The notes: generated by a model not told the origin, from the sequence alone. Shown: positions 1 to 10,600, counted from the first letter of the stretch. The stretch is 64,000 nucleotides of DNA from an uncultured delta proteobacterium (GCA_963727625.1 CAVSHR010000011.1:32001-96000), one strand, 5' to 3'. Numbers and translations: made by a program.

Positions 1-231
1 GTCAAATCGCAGATTGGCCGCATGTTCCCACCAACCGGCTTGCTCTCGAGCGGTGGCCTGCTCGCTGGCCGTGCCGCCCAGGAACTGAACGCGCAGGGTC
101 GAGCCGTTCATCCAGGCCTTTCCGATCGGGGCTATGGCGCGCTCGCCGCCTCTCAGCCGCATGGTCCGTTGCGGGCGCATTAGCTCCGACGGCAAGGTGC
201 GATCGATACAAACTTTTGGTCTATCAGCCAT
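1..231 (-). CDS. Astacin/M12-like zinc metallopeptidase, N-terminal part (runs off window edge)
   Basis: Not in ORF track. Manual translation from ATG at 231 (AAGGAG RBS upstream): MADRPKVCIDRTLPSELMRPQRTMRLRGGERAIAPIGKAWMNGSTLRVQFLGGTASEQATAREQAGWWEHAANLRFD. The W-x-NG-x-x-LRV-x-F-x-GG...W...AN-L-x-F pattern is typical of bacterial astacin-like peptidases. HExxH lies outside the window. Confidence 0.65.
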   Translation of the reverse strand, partial: MADRPKVCIDRTLPSELMRPQRTMRLRGGERAIAPIGKAWMNGSTLRVQFLGGTASEQATAREQAGWWEHAANLRFD

Positions 232-517
232 GACTTGGTTTCTCCTTATTCAATGAATTTGTGCAGGAACTAATCGCAGGGGGGAGCAAGCGCTGTACCA
301 ATCCGTTCTGTGGGTATTCCCAAGTCATCTTTGACGTGGAAATACAAAAAATTACGTGTTTATCGCCACCGGAGCGGCAGCGACGGCTGGTTAGAGCAAC
401 ATTTGTTTACCTTATGTGTAAACAAGGTTGCGCATCAGACCCGGACAGGGCGACATGCGAAATCGGCGCAGCGGGCGCTTCTGTCCCAAAGCCTGGGGGT
501 TTACGAGAGCTTGGGTT

Positions 518-1198
518 TCAATCGATCACCTCAGAGACATAGAAGTCAATGTGGCGGCGGCTGGCGTTGGCTTGCCCGCGGCCGGCAGTCATCTGCTCGC
601 ACTCCTCCTTGCTGTGGGTCTTCAGTGTCCCAAGAGGGGCGGCCATGATCTGAATTCTCGCCGAGCGGACTAAATCGATGCCGCAGCGCAGCAGGGTATC
701 GAGATCGCCGGCGACCACGGTGCCGCCGTGGCCGCGCAGGAGCACGGCGCTGCGGTCGCCGAGCGTGGCGGCGACCTTGTCGCCGAGCTGATGGTTGCGG
801 ATCAACAACGGCGAGTCGTAGATCGGCGTGCCGCGGTAAAAGTGCACGCCACAGTTGGCGATGACTTTGATCTCCTGTCCCGAAGCGGCGACGATCACCA
901 GCTCGTCGGGGTGGTAATGCAGAATGCACTGGACATCAGAGCGGGCTTTGTAGATCGACGTGTGCATCGGTGTCTCGCCGTTGGGCTCGCCGGCGCCTTC
1001 GAGCTTGTTGCCCTGGGCGTCGATGATAATGATGTCGCGCGCGGCGACTTTTCCCGGCGGCATATGCGGCGTGCTGAGAATCCGCCCGTCGGGCAAGCGC
1101 GCGGTCAAGTGGCCATAGCCGTCGAGCAGCCGCTGTTTTTGCAGCGCCCTGCAGGCTAGGACCATTTTTTCTTTTGTCGCGTCGATGGCATCGATCAT
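518..1198 (-). CDS. Class II aldolase/adducin family protein
   Basis: GH-L-T-AR, E-x-x-MH-x-x-IY-x-AR-x-DV, H-Y-H and LLRGHG motifs; GAGGAG RBS. Confidence 0.9.
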   Translation of the reverse strand: MIDAIDATKEKMVLACRALQKQRLLDGYGHLTARLPDGRILSTPHMPPGKVAARDIIIIDAQGNKLEGAGEPNGETPMHTSIYKARSDVQCILHYHPDELVIVAASGQEIKVIANCGVHFYRGTPIYDSPLLIRNHQLGDKVAATLGDRSAVLLRGHGGTVVAGDLDTLLRCGIDLVRSARIQIMAAPLGTLKTHSKEECEQMTAGRGQANASRRHIDFYVSEVID

Positions 1199-1223
1199 GG
1201 GCTCTCCTCGTGTTCTTTTAATC

Positions 1224-2075
1224 TTATTTTGTTCCGCCGGTTGAAACGCGCTTCATGAAATCGGCGAACAGCGCGGCCATCTCGCCGGCTTTTTCATCCC
1301 ATTCCTCCCTCGGGCTGAGCGGTTCGTCGTAGTGCTTGGGAAACAAGACATGCACTTCGCTTTTCTGTGTCAGACGGCCGAGGTTTTCACCGGTTTGCCG
1401 GCCGTGGGTGTTATCGTTTCCCGGCACGATGCAGGCAGGCACTTTGAGCGATTTCAAATCTTGTTCGCTGGCGCCGATCACCGGCAGGTCGGCGCCTTTG
1501 AGAAAATATTCGCGCCAGTGCGACATGACGGCGATGAAACGCTCGGGGGCCATTTCCATCAGCGCGTCGCGGTTTTCCGGGCGCGCTTCGATGCGCTCTT
1601 TCCAGTGCTCCATCGCGCACACCGCGGCCATGCCGCCGGCTTGTGCCGCTTTGATGTACTGGCCGTAGTATTCTTCGGCGAGGCGCTCGCAGGCGAAGCG
1701 GCCGCCGGTGACGCGCCAGAGCAGGAGACCGCGCACCGCCTCGGGATGGCGCAGCGCGATCAACAGCGCGGTGCGGCAACCCGACGAGCTGCCGCCGACA
1801 AACGCCGGCAGAGCGCCCAGTTGCGAGAGCAGCTCGTGTATATCGTCGGCCCAGATTTCATACTCCGAATCGTTGCCGTCGATGACGACGTCGGAGGCGC
1901 CGCAGTTGCGCCGGTCGAAGATGACCGCGCGATGGCCGAGGGCGGCGACTTCTTTGGCTATCAGCTCGATGCCGCTGATGTCGCGCCGGCCGCCGGGCGA
2001 GAGCGCCACCCAAGGGCCGCGATCGCCCAGGACTCGATAGTTGATGTTGACGCCGCGCACTTTTGTGATGGGCAT
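1224..2075 (-). CDS. Alpha/beta fold hydrolase
   Basis: GSSSG nucleophile elbow, D-RR-NCG-x-S motif; start moved to ATG 2075 after AGGAGG. Confidence 0.88.
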   Translation of the reverse strand: MPITKVRGVNINYRVLGDRGPWVALSPGGRRDISGIELIAKEVAALGHRAVIFDRRNCGASDVVIDGNDSEYEIWADDIHELLSQLGALPAFVGGSSSGCRTALLIALRHPEAVRGLLLWRVTGGRFACERLAEEYYGQYIKAAQAGGMAAVCAMEHWKERIEARPENRDALMEMAPERFIAVMSHWREYFLKGADLPVIGASEQDLKSLKVPACIVPGNDNTHGRQTGENLGRLTQKSEVHVLFPKHYDEPLSPREEWDEKAGEMAALFADFMKRVSTGGTK

Positions 2076-2474
2076 GACGGGCCTCCTTTTGTTTGACCGC
2101 CGCACCATATCCGATAAACCACGGATTGATCAACCAAGGGCGTGTTCGAATTGAGCAGCCAGGCGGGTTTCACTCTGTCATTTTGGCGTTGGGATCAATG
2201 GGTCAGTCAGGCGGAGGGTCGTATTAAAACCCACAGATGAGCTTTCATAGCGGCGGATGGATTCATCCGACAGCAGGGTCGCCGACCCGTAGTCCGATAC
2301 TTTCGCTCCTTAGACTTCGAAGTTAGTTTTGGAGTGTCGAGGCAGTACTTCGAGGCTGATGCCGAAAAATATCTTTCATCACTGAAATACAACACAGGGC
2401 GGAAAATAGAATGCAAACGTTGAAATTGTAACCTCGGTCAGGCATGAGTATGGAGCCAACGAGGGATCGTCGCT

Positions 2475-3980
2475 ATGAATTGGCAATTTTTTCAGCGGGT
2501 TTATTTATTCTTCGTCCTGTTGATTGCTGCTGCGGTTGTTTCCGTGCGCGCATCGGAGCCTGTTGCGTCTGCGCAGTTAAATCTCAAATCCATTCCACCC
2601 AACATTGTTTTCGTCCTTACCGATGACATGACGTTCGATGATCTCAAGGTCATGTCGAATGTGAAAAAAATGCTGGCGGACAAGGGGGCATCCTTTGCGA
2701 GGTTTTTTGTAGTGAACTCGCTCTGCTGCCCGTCGCGTGCATCGATTCTGCGGGGCCAATTTGTTCATAATCATAGGGTCGTCCACAATCAAGAAGGGTT
2801 TAAGCGGTTTTATGAATACCGCCATGAGCGATCAACGATCGCGACTTGGCTGAAGCAATCGGGTTATACGACAGCGCTAATGGGAAAGTACCTGAACGGT
2901 TATGCACTCAAGCATCAAGAGAGCTATGTCCCGCCGGGCTGGGACGAGTGGGACAGCCCAATTGATGGGAAAGCTTATCGCGAGTTTAACTACCGTTTGA
3001 ACGAAAACGGCAAAATCGTGGCCTATGGTCAATCGGCCGAAGATTACCTGACCGACGTTCTGTCGCGAAAGGCAACCGCGTTCATCCGGCGAGTCGCCGA
3101 AAACCAATCGCCGTTTTTCCTCTATCTCGCTACCTATGCACCGCATCAGCCGGCCACCCCGGCGTCGCGTCACGAGAATCTTTACGCGGGCATCAGGGCT
3201 TTGAGAACGCCGTCCTTTGACGAAAAGGATGTCAGCGCCAAGCCGGCATTCATACGCAAGCGGCCTCACCTCGGCAGTAAGGAGTTAAAAGAAATTGACG
3301 GGCTCTACCGCAGGCGTTTGCAGTCGCTTCATGCCGTCGATGAGCTGGTCGCCGCGGTCGTGGAAACTCTGGCGAAGACCAACCAGCTGCGCAACAGCTA
3401 TATCGTTTTCACCTCTGACAACGGCTTTCATCTCGGTCAACATCGCCTGCCTTGGGGAAAACAAACCGCGTATGAAGAAGATATCCACGTGCCGCTCGTG
3501 GTTCGCGGTCCCGGCATCGCCGCGGGACAGGTCGTTGGCGAGCTAGGTTTGGAAACGGACTTGGCTCCGACATTCGCCGAATGGGCCGGCGCGGCGGCTC
3601 CGAGCTTTGTCGATGGCCGTTCTCTTGTGCCCCTATTGCGCCGCAATCTGGGCTCAGCCGGTTCCTGGCGTGACGGTGTACTGATCGAGCATACTCCCGG
3701 CACGGAACCCTTTATGACGAGGGTTGAAAAACTATTGCTAGTCGGTAAAGACGCGTTGCCCGCGTACTCGGCGGTACGCTCACAAAGCCATCTCTACGTG
3801 GAGTACGAGAACGGTGAACGCGAGTTCTACGATCTCAAAAAAGATCCGGCGGAACTCGTCAACCTTTACAAGAAAGCCGATCCTCAGTTGATTCAGCGAT
3901 TTTCGTCTTGGCTCGCCAACATGAAAAGTTGTCGCGGCGCCGCCTGCCGGCAAGCCGAGGAGAAGGCGCTTGAGCGGTAG
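2475..3980 (+). CDS. Exported sulfatase (N-acetylglucosamine-6-sulfatase-like)
   Basis: PNIVFVLTDD, formylglycine motif C-P-S-R (LCCPSRASIL), GKYLN, TSDNGFHLG; N-terminal signal peptide. Confidence 0.92.
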   Translation: MNWQFFQRVYLFFVLLIAAAVVSVRASEPVASAQLNLKSIPPNIVFVLTDDMTFDDLKVMSNVKKMLADKGASFARFFVVNSLCCPSRASILRGQFVHNHRVVHNQEGFKRFYEYRHERSTIATWLKQSGYTTALMGKYLNGYALKHQESYVPPGWDEWDSPIDGKAYREFNYRLNENGKIVAYGQSAEDYLTDVLSRKATAFIRRVAENQSPFFLYLATYAPHQPATPASRHENLYAGIRALRTPSFDEKDVSAKPAFIRKRPHLGSKELKEIDGLYRRRLQSLHAVDELVAAVVETLAKTNQLRNSYIVFTSDNGFHLGQHRLPWGKQTAYEEDIHVPLVVRGPGIAAGQVVGELGLETDLAPTFAEWAGAAAPSFVDGRSLVPLLRRNLGSAGSWRDGVLIEHTPGTEPFMTRVEKLLLVGKDALPAYSAVRSQSHLYVEYENGEREFYDLKKDPAELVNLYKKADPQLIQRFSSWLANMKSCRGAACRQAEEKALER

Positions 3981-4170
3981 TCTCTGGGTCACCCCGGGCC
4001 ACCCCCGGTTTGACGGACGCCTAGAAACGGGACGAGGAAACACCGCTCAGAGTCTGAAGTGAGCGCCTGCAACCGTAAACTAATAATTTACCGCGATGAT
4101 CGTCAAAAATGTCCCGGGACGCCTCTGTCCATCGTAATTTCGATCGTTCATTGTGACCGCCGGCCACGGC

Positions 4171-4194
4171 GGGCGCGACGCATCGCGCCCCTAC
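4171..4194. repeat. GTAG-type REP-like palindrome
   Basis: GGGCGCGAcgcaTCGCGCCC followed by CTAC (GTAG on the minus strand). Confidence 0.5.
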
Positions 4195-4207
4195 GGGCTA
4201 CGCCCAG

Positions 4208-5362
4208 TTAGCCTTTGCAGGTCACCCACCGGCGCGGATAGGCGTTCAAGGACTCGCAGCGGTTTTTCTTCACCATCACCGTTTCGCCGAATTGCAGGCC
4301 CATTTTCTCGTCGTAGGTGATCAGATTGGGCTGAATCACGATCACCATGTTTTCGCGAAAGGTCAGCTCCTTCGATTCATGGCGTTTGCGCGTCTTGGTC
4401 TGGAAGATCGGCGGATACTGGTTGACGCCGTGCACCAGATCGTCGTAGGTGCTGTAGCCGCGCCGGTGCACGATTTCGGCGGCTTCTTCGGCTTCCGTCG
4501 TGGTGGCACCGTCCTTGATGACTTTGGTCAGGATCTCGAAGACCTCCATCGCGGCGTCGTGCATCTTTTGCCACTCGGCTGTCGGCCCTTCGCCGATCGA
4601 AAAGGTCCGATGAATCTGACCGCTGTAGCCGGAGTAGGCGCCGCTGATCTCGGTGATCAGCGCGTCGCCTTTTTGTAGTTTCCGGCTCGAATGAAATTGC
4701 GACGGCACCGGAAAATCCGGGTCGCGCATCGGCATGCTGCTCATGAAATGAATGCCGGCGTAACCGCCGGCCTTGAGATAGACGGGCTCGATGATCGCGG
4801 GGATTTCGTCCTCGCGCATGCCGGCTTTCAAACCTTCCGCCAACGCCTGGATGGATTGATCGGTGAGCTTGGATGCCAGGTGAATGCGCTCGATTTCTTC
4901 CGCGCTTTTGATCGTGCGCATCATGCGCAGCTTGCCGCCGAGGTCGACAAAGGTCGCGTTGGGATATTTTTCTCGCAGCTGGTTGTAGATCTGATAGGAG
5001 ATCGACCCGACCAGGCCGATCCTTTTCGACTCCAAGCCGCGCTCGCCGATCAACTCGACAACGCTGCCGGTGGTGTTCGGGCCGGCCCAGCGGACGTCTT
5101 TAATCCACGACATGACCTGCGCCATCGGGTAGTGGTTGAAGAGCTGCATCAAAATCACCGGCTTCTTGCCGGTTTGCATGAGCAAGTAAGCCTCCCGGCT
5201 GCTCGGCCAGTCGCTCAACCAGAAAATATCGGACGCATAGCGTCCGCTGCCGTAGCATAACAGCGCGTCGACGCCTTCTTGATCGATCAAGCCGTAAACC
5301 GCTTTATGCCGCCTTTCGAGTTCCGCATCGGAAAAAGTCGGGTAATCGGAGCGCTGTCGCAT
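4208..5362 (-). CDS. M24 family (Xaa-Pro peptidase/creatinase-like) protein
   Basis: Creatinase-like N-domain, R-x-IKS-x-EEI, GYSGQIHRT, HG and GETV motifs; metal ligands non-canonical. Confidence 0.85.
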   Translation of the reverse strand: MRQRSDYPTFSDAELERRHKAVYGLIDQEGVDALLCYGSGRYASDIFWLSDWPSSREAYLLMQTGKKPVILMQLFNHYPMAQVMSWIKDVRWAGPNTTGSVVELIGERGLESKRIGLVGSISYQIYNQLREKYPNATFVDLGGKLRMMRTIKSAEEIERIHLASKLTDQSIQALAEGLKAGMREDEIPAIIEPVYLKAGGYAGIHFMSSMPMRDPDFPVPSQFHSSRKLQKGDALITEISGAYSGYSGQIHRTFSIGEGPTAEWQKMHDAAMEVFEILTKVIKDGATTTEAEEAAEIVHRRGYSTYDDLVHGVNQYPPIFQTKTRKRHESKELTFRENMVIVIQPNLITYDEKMGLQFGETVMVKKNRCESLNAYPRRWVTCKG

Positions 5363-5560
5363 GGGAAAAGTCCTCCAAGTATCTTTCGATAATTAACATC
5401 CCCGACACGGAGTAGGGGCACCGTCGGAGTCCGTTTTGTTCGGTGTATCATCGCCGCCTCGATGGAAGCAATCAGAGCAGTCTATCTCAAGTTACGGCCT
5501 GGACATTTATTTTTGCGCGTGACACTCTTTGCCTAGTCGATTCCAATCTGGAGGGTGGTT

Positions 5561-6388
5561 ATGACGGTACTCTTTCGCGCGCGCCGAACATTATTAACCC
5601 TTGCACTTTCAGCTCTAGTCGTCAGCGGCTGTGCCCAAGCGCAATCGGGAACGAACGAGTTTCGTCCGCAGGTCGGGCAGGAAGGCAAGGATGTGATCTG
5701 GGTGCCGACACCGCAATCTCTGGTCGACCGCATGCTTGACATAGCGAAGGTGACGTCGCGGGATTACGTGATCGATCTCGGCTCCGGCGATGGCCGCACA
5801 GTGATTACCGCGGCCAAGCGCGGCGCCCGAGCCCTCGGCATAGAATACAATCCCGACATGGTGGAACTTTCCAAGCGCAACGCGGCCAAAGAAGGCGTGA
5901 GTGACCGCGCCAACTTCGTGAAAGCGGATCTGTTCGAGAGCGATTTTTCCAAGGCCACGGTCATCACCATGTTTTTACTGCCTGATATCAATCTCAAGCT
6001 GCGGCCCAAGATTTTGGATCTGAAGCCGGGAACACGGATCGTGTCGAATTCCTTCACCATGGGCGATTGGGTGGCGGACGATACCGTGACCTCGAAGGGG
6101 AACTGCGTGTCTTACTGCACGGCCTATTTGTGGATCGTTCCGGCGAAAGTCGAAGGCACCTGGCAGCTCGCCGATGGCACGCTCAACTTGAAACAAACGT
6201 ATCAAATGATTTCAGGCTCGCTCCGGCGCGGTAACAACACGATTCAGCTCGCTAACGGCAAACTTCACGGCGATCAGATCATCTTCAACGCCGCCGGTTC
6301 TCTGTACACCGGCCGGGTAAACGGCAACAGCATGGAAGGGAGCATCAGCTCCGGCGGTAATTGGAAGGCGACGAGATCCGCCCGGTAG
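5561..6388 (+). CDS. Class I SAM-dependent methyltransferase-fold protein with lipoprotein-like signal
   Basis: DVIWVPTP, IDLGSGDGR SAM-binding motif; VSG-C lipobox-like segment; GGAGG RBS. Confidence 0.88.
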   Translation: MTVLFRARRTLLTLALSALVVSGCAQAQSGTNEFRPQVGQEGKDVIWVPTPQSLVDRMLDIAKVTSRDYVIDLGSGDGRTVITAAKRGARALGIEYNPDMVELSKRNAAKEGVSDRANFVKADLFESDFSKATVITMFLLPDINLKLRPKILDLKPGTRIVSNSFTMGDWVADDTVTSKGNCVSYCTAYLWIVPAKVEGTWQLADGTLNLKQTYQMISGSLRRGNNTIQLANGKLHGDQIIFNAAGSLYTGRVNGNSMEGSISSGGNWKATRSAR

Positions 6389-6524
6389 CATGGGTCGTCG
6401 CTTCCAGGTTAAAAGTCCGTCTGCTCGGTAAATTTAAAACTTTGCATTGATCGACGCTATTTCGGAGCACACCCGAACTCTCATCGTTTTTGTCTCGCAA
6501 GTTGCTGAAAAAGGGTGGAACATG

Positions 6525-6601
6525 CTTCGACAAGTCTCAGCATCGACGGAGTTTTATCAATGATTTCAAGACTCGTTCCGTTCGTCCTGAGCCTGTCGAA
6601 G
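6525..6601. repeat. Paired inverted REP-like element (CTTCGACAAG..CTCAG / CTGAGCCTGTCGAAG)
   Basis: Imperfect long inverted repeat between the tandem methyltransferase genes. Confidence 0.6.
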
Positions 6602-6633
6602 ATCTCCGAAAGGGGTCTTCGGTAATATCCTAA

Positions 6634-7476
6634 ATGAACATACGGAAATTTTGCCGCACGGCCGCGCTGCGGTCTTTGGTTGCGTTTTTTCTCTGGCTGC
6701 CGCTGCTCGTGAACGAGACGGTTCGCGCGGGGGATAGCGATTACACGCCGAAATCGGGGCAACCCGGGAAAGACGTCGTTTGGGTGCCGAGCCCCATGGC
6801 GATGGTCGAGAAGCTCCTCGATATGGCCGCGGTCACTCCGCAAGACTACGTCATCGATCTCGGTTCCGGCGACGGGCGCACGGTGATTGCCGCCGCTAAG
6901 CGCGGCGCGCGGGCCCACGGCATCGAATACGATGGCAACCTGGTCGAGCTGTCCAAGCGCAACGCGACGAAGGAAAGCGTCGGTGACAAGGCGACCTTTG
7001 AAGAAGCGGATGTCTTTGCCGCCGATTTCTCAAAGGCGACGGTGATCGTTCTCTTTCTCACGCCGGAGATGAACATTCGGCTGCGGCCAAAACTGCTCGA
7101 TTTGAAGCCGGGCACGCGCATCGTCGCCAATACTTTCGGCATCGGCGATTGGAACGCCGACAGGACTTCGACGATCGCCGGGAATTGCGAACGGTGGTGC
7201 CTGGCGCGGCTGTGGATAGTGCCTGCCAAGGTTGCCGGCAGGTGGCGGCTGCCGCAGGGCGAGCTGATCCTAAAGCAGAACTATCAGACGTTTTCCGGAA
7301 CGATGACCGGCGCCGGGGGCGCGCTGCCGGTGGCCGGACGCGTGCGCGGCGGAAACATTTTCTTTGCCGCTGGCAAGACTCGCTTCACCGGCCGTGTCGA
7401 CGGCGATTCGATCGAAGGCATCGCGCGAATCGCCGGCAAGGACCGGGAGTTTCGCGCAAAGCGAATCGGCCGTTGA
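6634..7476 (+). CDS. Class I SAM-dependent methyltransferase-fold protein, paralog of 5561..6388
   Basis: Shares DYVIDLGSGDGRTVI-x-AAKRGARA, DLKPGTRIV and LWIVPAKV with the upstream gene; signal peptide. Confidence 0.88.
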   Translation: MNIRKFCRTAALRSLVAFFLWLPLLVNETVRAGDSDYTPKSGQPGKDVVWVPSPMAMVEKLLDMAAVTPQDYVIDLGSGDGRTVIAAAKRGARAHGIEYDGNLVELSKRNATKESVGDKATFEEADVFAADFSKATVIVLFLTPEMNIRLRPKLLDLKPGTRIVANTFGIGDWNADRTSTIAGNCERWCLARLWIVPAKVAGRWRLPQGELILKQNYQTFSGTMTGAGGALPVAGRVRGGNIFFAAGKTRFTGRVDGDSIEGIARIAGKDREFRAKRIGR

Positions 7477-7484
7477 TGCCTATC

Positions 7485-7532
7485 AAAGAAGAAAGGGCAG
7501 ACGTGAAGTTCACGCCGCCCTTTCTTTTCTTT
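7485..7532. terminator. Bidirectional intrinsic terminator
   Basis: AAAGAAGAAAGGGC-agaCGTGAAgTTCACG-cc-GCCCTTTCTTTTCTTT hairpin between convergent genes. Confidence 0.7.
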
Positions 7533-7548
7533 AAGAAGCGGCTTCCCG

Positions 7549-8547
7549 CTATTTAATTTTCAGCAATCTTTTGGCATTGCCTTCGAGCATGAGCAGCTTG
7601 TCGGTTTCGGAAATATCGAGCTGCTCGACTTTCTTCGCCGCGTCCCAATCGCCCAGGCTGTAAGGGTAATCGGTGCCGACCATGATGTGCTCGACGCCGC
7701 CCAGGCCGATCAAATATTTGATCGTGTCGAGGCGGTAGATCATGTCGTCGTAATAGATATTTTTAAGATAAGCGCTCGGCGCCATCTTGGCCTTGGCCGC
7801 ACGCGCCCCGGCGCGCACCTCCCAGCCGCGGTCAAAGCGGCCGAGGTGATAGGGGAAAAAACCGCCGCCGTGGAGAATGCACAGCTTCATGTTGGGGAAG
7901 CGGTCAAAAACGCCGCTGTAAGTTAAGTAGCCGAAACAGAGCGCGCTGTCGGCGGGGTTGCCGCAGATCAACTTCAGCCCGTAGGGATTCATTTTGTCGG
8001 CGCCGGCGACGTCCTCGGGATGCATGACGATCATCACGTCGAGCTCCTGCGCCTTGGCCCAGAAGGGATCGAACTCCTCGGTGCCGTAGTACTTGCCGTT
8101 GACGTTGGTGCCGATGTAGCCGCCGCAAAACTTCAAATCGCGCACCGCGCGTTCCAGAACTTTGGCGGCGCGCGCCGGGTCTTGCAGCGGCACCGACGCC
8201 ATGCCGACGAAGCGATCGGGGTAGCGCTTGACCAGATCGGCGATCCCTTCGTTGTAGACATTGCACCAGTTCTCGCCCTGTTCGCCGGTGAGCCGATAAC
8301 CTAGCGTCGCCGTGTGCGCCTCGAGCGCGGCCATGGCAAGCTTCGAATCGGCCATCATCTTGAGCCGCTCGTCAATGGCCGGCAGCTCCGGGTGAAGGAC
8401 AAAGGGCGGGCCGCCGGCGAAGGAGAGCGACTTCTGGCCGTCCTTTTCGATCAGCTCGACGCCCAGGTGCTTGCCGTTCTTTTTCGCTTCCTCGAGCAGG
8501 CTGTTGGGCACGTAATGGTGGTGCACATCGATGGCACAAGCGTTCAT
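7549..8547 (-). CDS. Amidohydrolase_2 family protein (ACMSD-like decarboxylase)
   Basis: IDVHHH, MHP, HGGGFFPY and GTDYPY motifs; real start taken as ATG 8547. Confidence 0.9.
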   Translation of the reverse strand: MNACAIDVHHHYVPNSLLEEAKKNGKHLGVELIEKDGQKSLSFAGGPPFVLHPELPAIDERLKMMADSKLAMAALEAHTATLGYRLTGEQGENWCNVYNEGIADLVKRYPDRFVGMASVPLQDPARAAKVLERAVRDLKFCGGYIGTNVNGKYYGTEEFDPFWAKAQELDVMIVMHPEDVAGADKMNPYGLKLICGNPADSALCFGYLTYSGVFDRFPNMKLCILHGGGFFPYHLGRFDRGWEVRAGARAAKAKMAPSAYLKNIYYDDMIYRLDTIKYLIGLGGVEHIMVGTDYPYSLGDWDAAKKVEQLDISETDKLLMLEGNAKRLLKIK

Positions 8548-8602
8548 GGCAAATCGGTTCCTTTTCTTGGATTCATTCTTGAGAACTGCTAACTGACTTT
8601 GG

Positions 8603-8635
8603 CTCTCACCCCGACCCTCTCCCAGAGGGAGAGGG
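8603..8635. repeat. REP-like palindrome CCCTCTCCC-aga-GGGAGAGGG
   Basis: CTCTCACCCCGACCCTCTCCCAGAGGGAGAGGG, intergenic. Confidence 0.6.
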
Positions 8636-8674
8636 TTGGGGATGAACCGGCGAGAGAGCGAATGTGAAGCAACG

Positions 8675-10342
8675 TCAATGCGGCATGCACAACTGCTGGC
8701 GGCGCACTTTGCCTGGGAAGACTTCGTTGCAATGACCGTCTTCGACCACTGTGGCACCGTTTACGACCACGGCTTTTATGCCCGGAGGATGGCGCATGAC
8801 TTCTTGCGCATCGACCATGTCGGGAAGCTTTTTGCTGACGAGATCGTCGATTTTGTCGGCATCGAAGATCGTCACGTCGGCCGGCATCCCTTCCCTGAGC
8901 ACACCGCGGTTGAGGTGCAACTTCTGCGCCGGGTAGCCGGTCAATTTCTGGACGGCTTTTTCCAGGCTGAACAATTTCTTCTCGCGCGTCCAATAGCCGA
9001 GCACTTTGGTCGGCGCGCCATGCCAGAAAAAGCGGTCGAGATGAGCGCCGACATCCGTGCCGATCAGGCTGGTGTCCGACTTGATCATTTCCGCCAGCAG
9101 CTCGGGATGGGCGTTGGCGAGGCCATGATAGCAAATTGCCGAATTCAGATTATCCTCGAGCCAAGTGTCGAAGAAAGCATCGACCGGAGCCTTCTCGGTG
9201 ATCCGGGCGATTTCTTCGACGTTCTTCAGCTCGAGCTTTTTCAATTCCGGCTTTTCGAGATGCTCGAAGACCACGCGGTCCCAGCCATGCCATTCGGGAA
9301 ATTCGAGCTTGCCCTGGCAGGCGATGCGCTCCTGCTCGATTTTTCTGCGGATGTCTTTGTCGCGGAGCTTCGCTTTTAAATCGGACGAGTTTTTGATCGC
9401 TTCCCAAGTCGGCAGGCCATTAAACAGGAAGCAGTCGTCCAAGTTGAAGCGGCGAATATGCTGGTAGGGGATGACGACGCCGTAAAGTTCCTGGCCGCGT
9501 TTCTGCGCTTCTTCCATGTATTGGATCGATTTCATGCCCATCGCTTTCGCGCCCGGGCGCACGCGGAACTCGTTGCCGATTTGCAGCGTCTTGATTTTTG
9601 TCAACATCTCCGGCACGCCGGAATCCGGCTGGAGAATCATCTGAAAACCGTTGAATTGAAAGCATCCGCCATACTCGGCGGCAACGTTGGCGAGGTCGAT
9701 GATTTCTTCGTGCTCGGCAAAGGTGCTCGGCGTGCCGGCATGAATCGCCGGTCCGCCGCGCGGGCTGGTGGAAAAGCCTATAGCACCGAGCTCCATGCCT
9801 TCGCGCACCATTTTCTTCATCGCATCGAGCTCCTCGGGTTTGGCGGCGCGTCCGTAGGCGTCCTCGCCCATGACGGTCAAGCGTACCGGAGAGTGCGGCA
9901 TCAGCGGCAACACGTTGATGGCGACCTTGCCTTCGAGATAATTCAAATACTCGGCGAAGGTATTCCACCTCCAGTCTTTGTCGTCGACGTACTTGTCCAA
10001 AACTCGCCGCAGGTATTGAACCAAGACCTGGCGCGGCTCGGGCTTGGGCGGCACCGGCGCGCAGGACGCGCCGCAGTCGCCGATCACGATGCTGGTCACG
10101 CCGTAATTTACCACAGGGTTGCCGTTGGGATATTGCACGACAAACGCGTCCATGTGCGTGTGCGAGTCAATGAAGCCCGGCGCTACGACATGTCCTTTGG
10201 CGTCGATCTCTTTCTTCCCCGTTCCTAAATTTTTGCCGATGGCCGAAATATTCTCGCCATCGATCGCCACGTCAGCCGCGAAGGCCGGGCTACCCGTGCC
10301 GTCGATGACCGTACCGTTCTTGATCACCAAATCGTGAGCCAT
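8675..10342 (-). CDS. N-acyl-D-amino-acid deacylase family amidohydrolase
   Basis: DLVIKNGTVIDGTG, PGFIDSHTHMD, GTDVGAH and GMPADVTIFD motifs. Confidence 0.9.
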   Translation of the reverse strand: MAHDLVIKNGTVIDGTGSPAFAADVAIDGENISAIGKNLGTGKKEIDAKGHVVAPGFIDSHTHMDAFVVQYPNGNPVVNYGVTSIVIGDCGASCAPVPPKPEPRQVLVQYLRRVLDKYVDDKDWRWNTFAEYLNYLEGKVAINVLPLMPHSPVRLTVMGEDAYGRAAKPEELDAMKKMVREGMELGAIGFSTSPRGGPAIHAGTPSTFAEHEEIIDLANVAAEYGGCFQFNGFQMILQPDSGVPEMLTKIKTLQIGNEFRVRPGAKAMGMKSIQYMEEAQKRGQELYGVVIPYQHIRRFNLDDCFLFNGLPTWEAIKNSSDLKAKLRDKDIRRKIEQERIACQGKLEFPEWHGWDRVVFEHLEKPELKKLELKNVEEIARITEKAPVDAFFDTWLEDNLNSAICYHGLANAHPELLAEMIKSDTSLIGTDVGAHLDRFFWHGAPTKVLGYWTREKKLFSLEKAVQKLTGYPAQKLHLNRGVLREGMPADVTIFDADKIDDLVSKKLPDMVDAQEVMRHPPGIKAVVVNGATVVEDGHCNEVFPGKVRRQQLCMPH

Positions 10343-10600
10343 AACTGGGTCTCCTCCCTCTGGACGGTCAAATTAATTGCTTATCCCACCGAAACGGTTG
10401 GGCTGTCAACCGACGGGGGGAAGTTTTGGATTTTGGTCTAGAGTTTTCAGTCGTAAAAGTAGGTGTTTGGGCGGTTCTTGATGGTTTGAGACTGGTTTTG
10501 ACGACAGCCAATAGCGGAACTATAAAGACCGTTTGCCGGGATTTAGCCCGCGCCCCGAGGCTCTAGACTCAAAACAAACGCGCTCTGTTGTAGAGAAGGA

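Noticed and set aside
2207-2416. 69-aa ORF upstream of the sulfatase
   Set aside because: No RBS, no motif and atypical composition; treated as intergenic.
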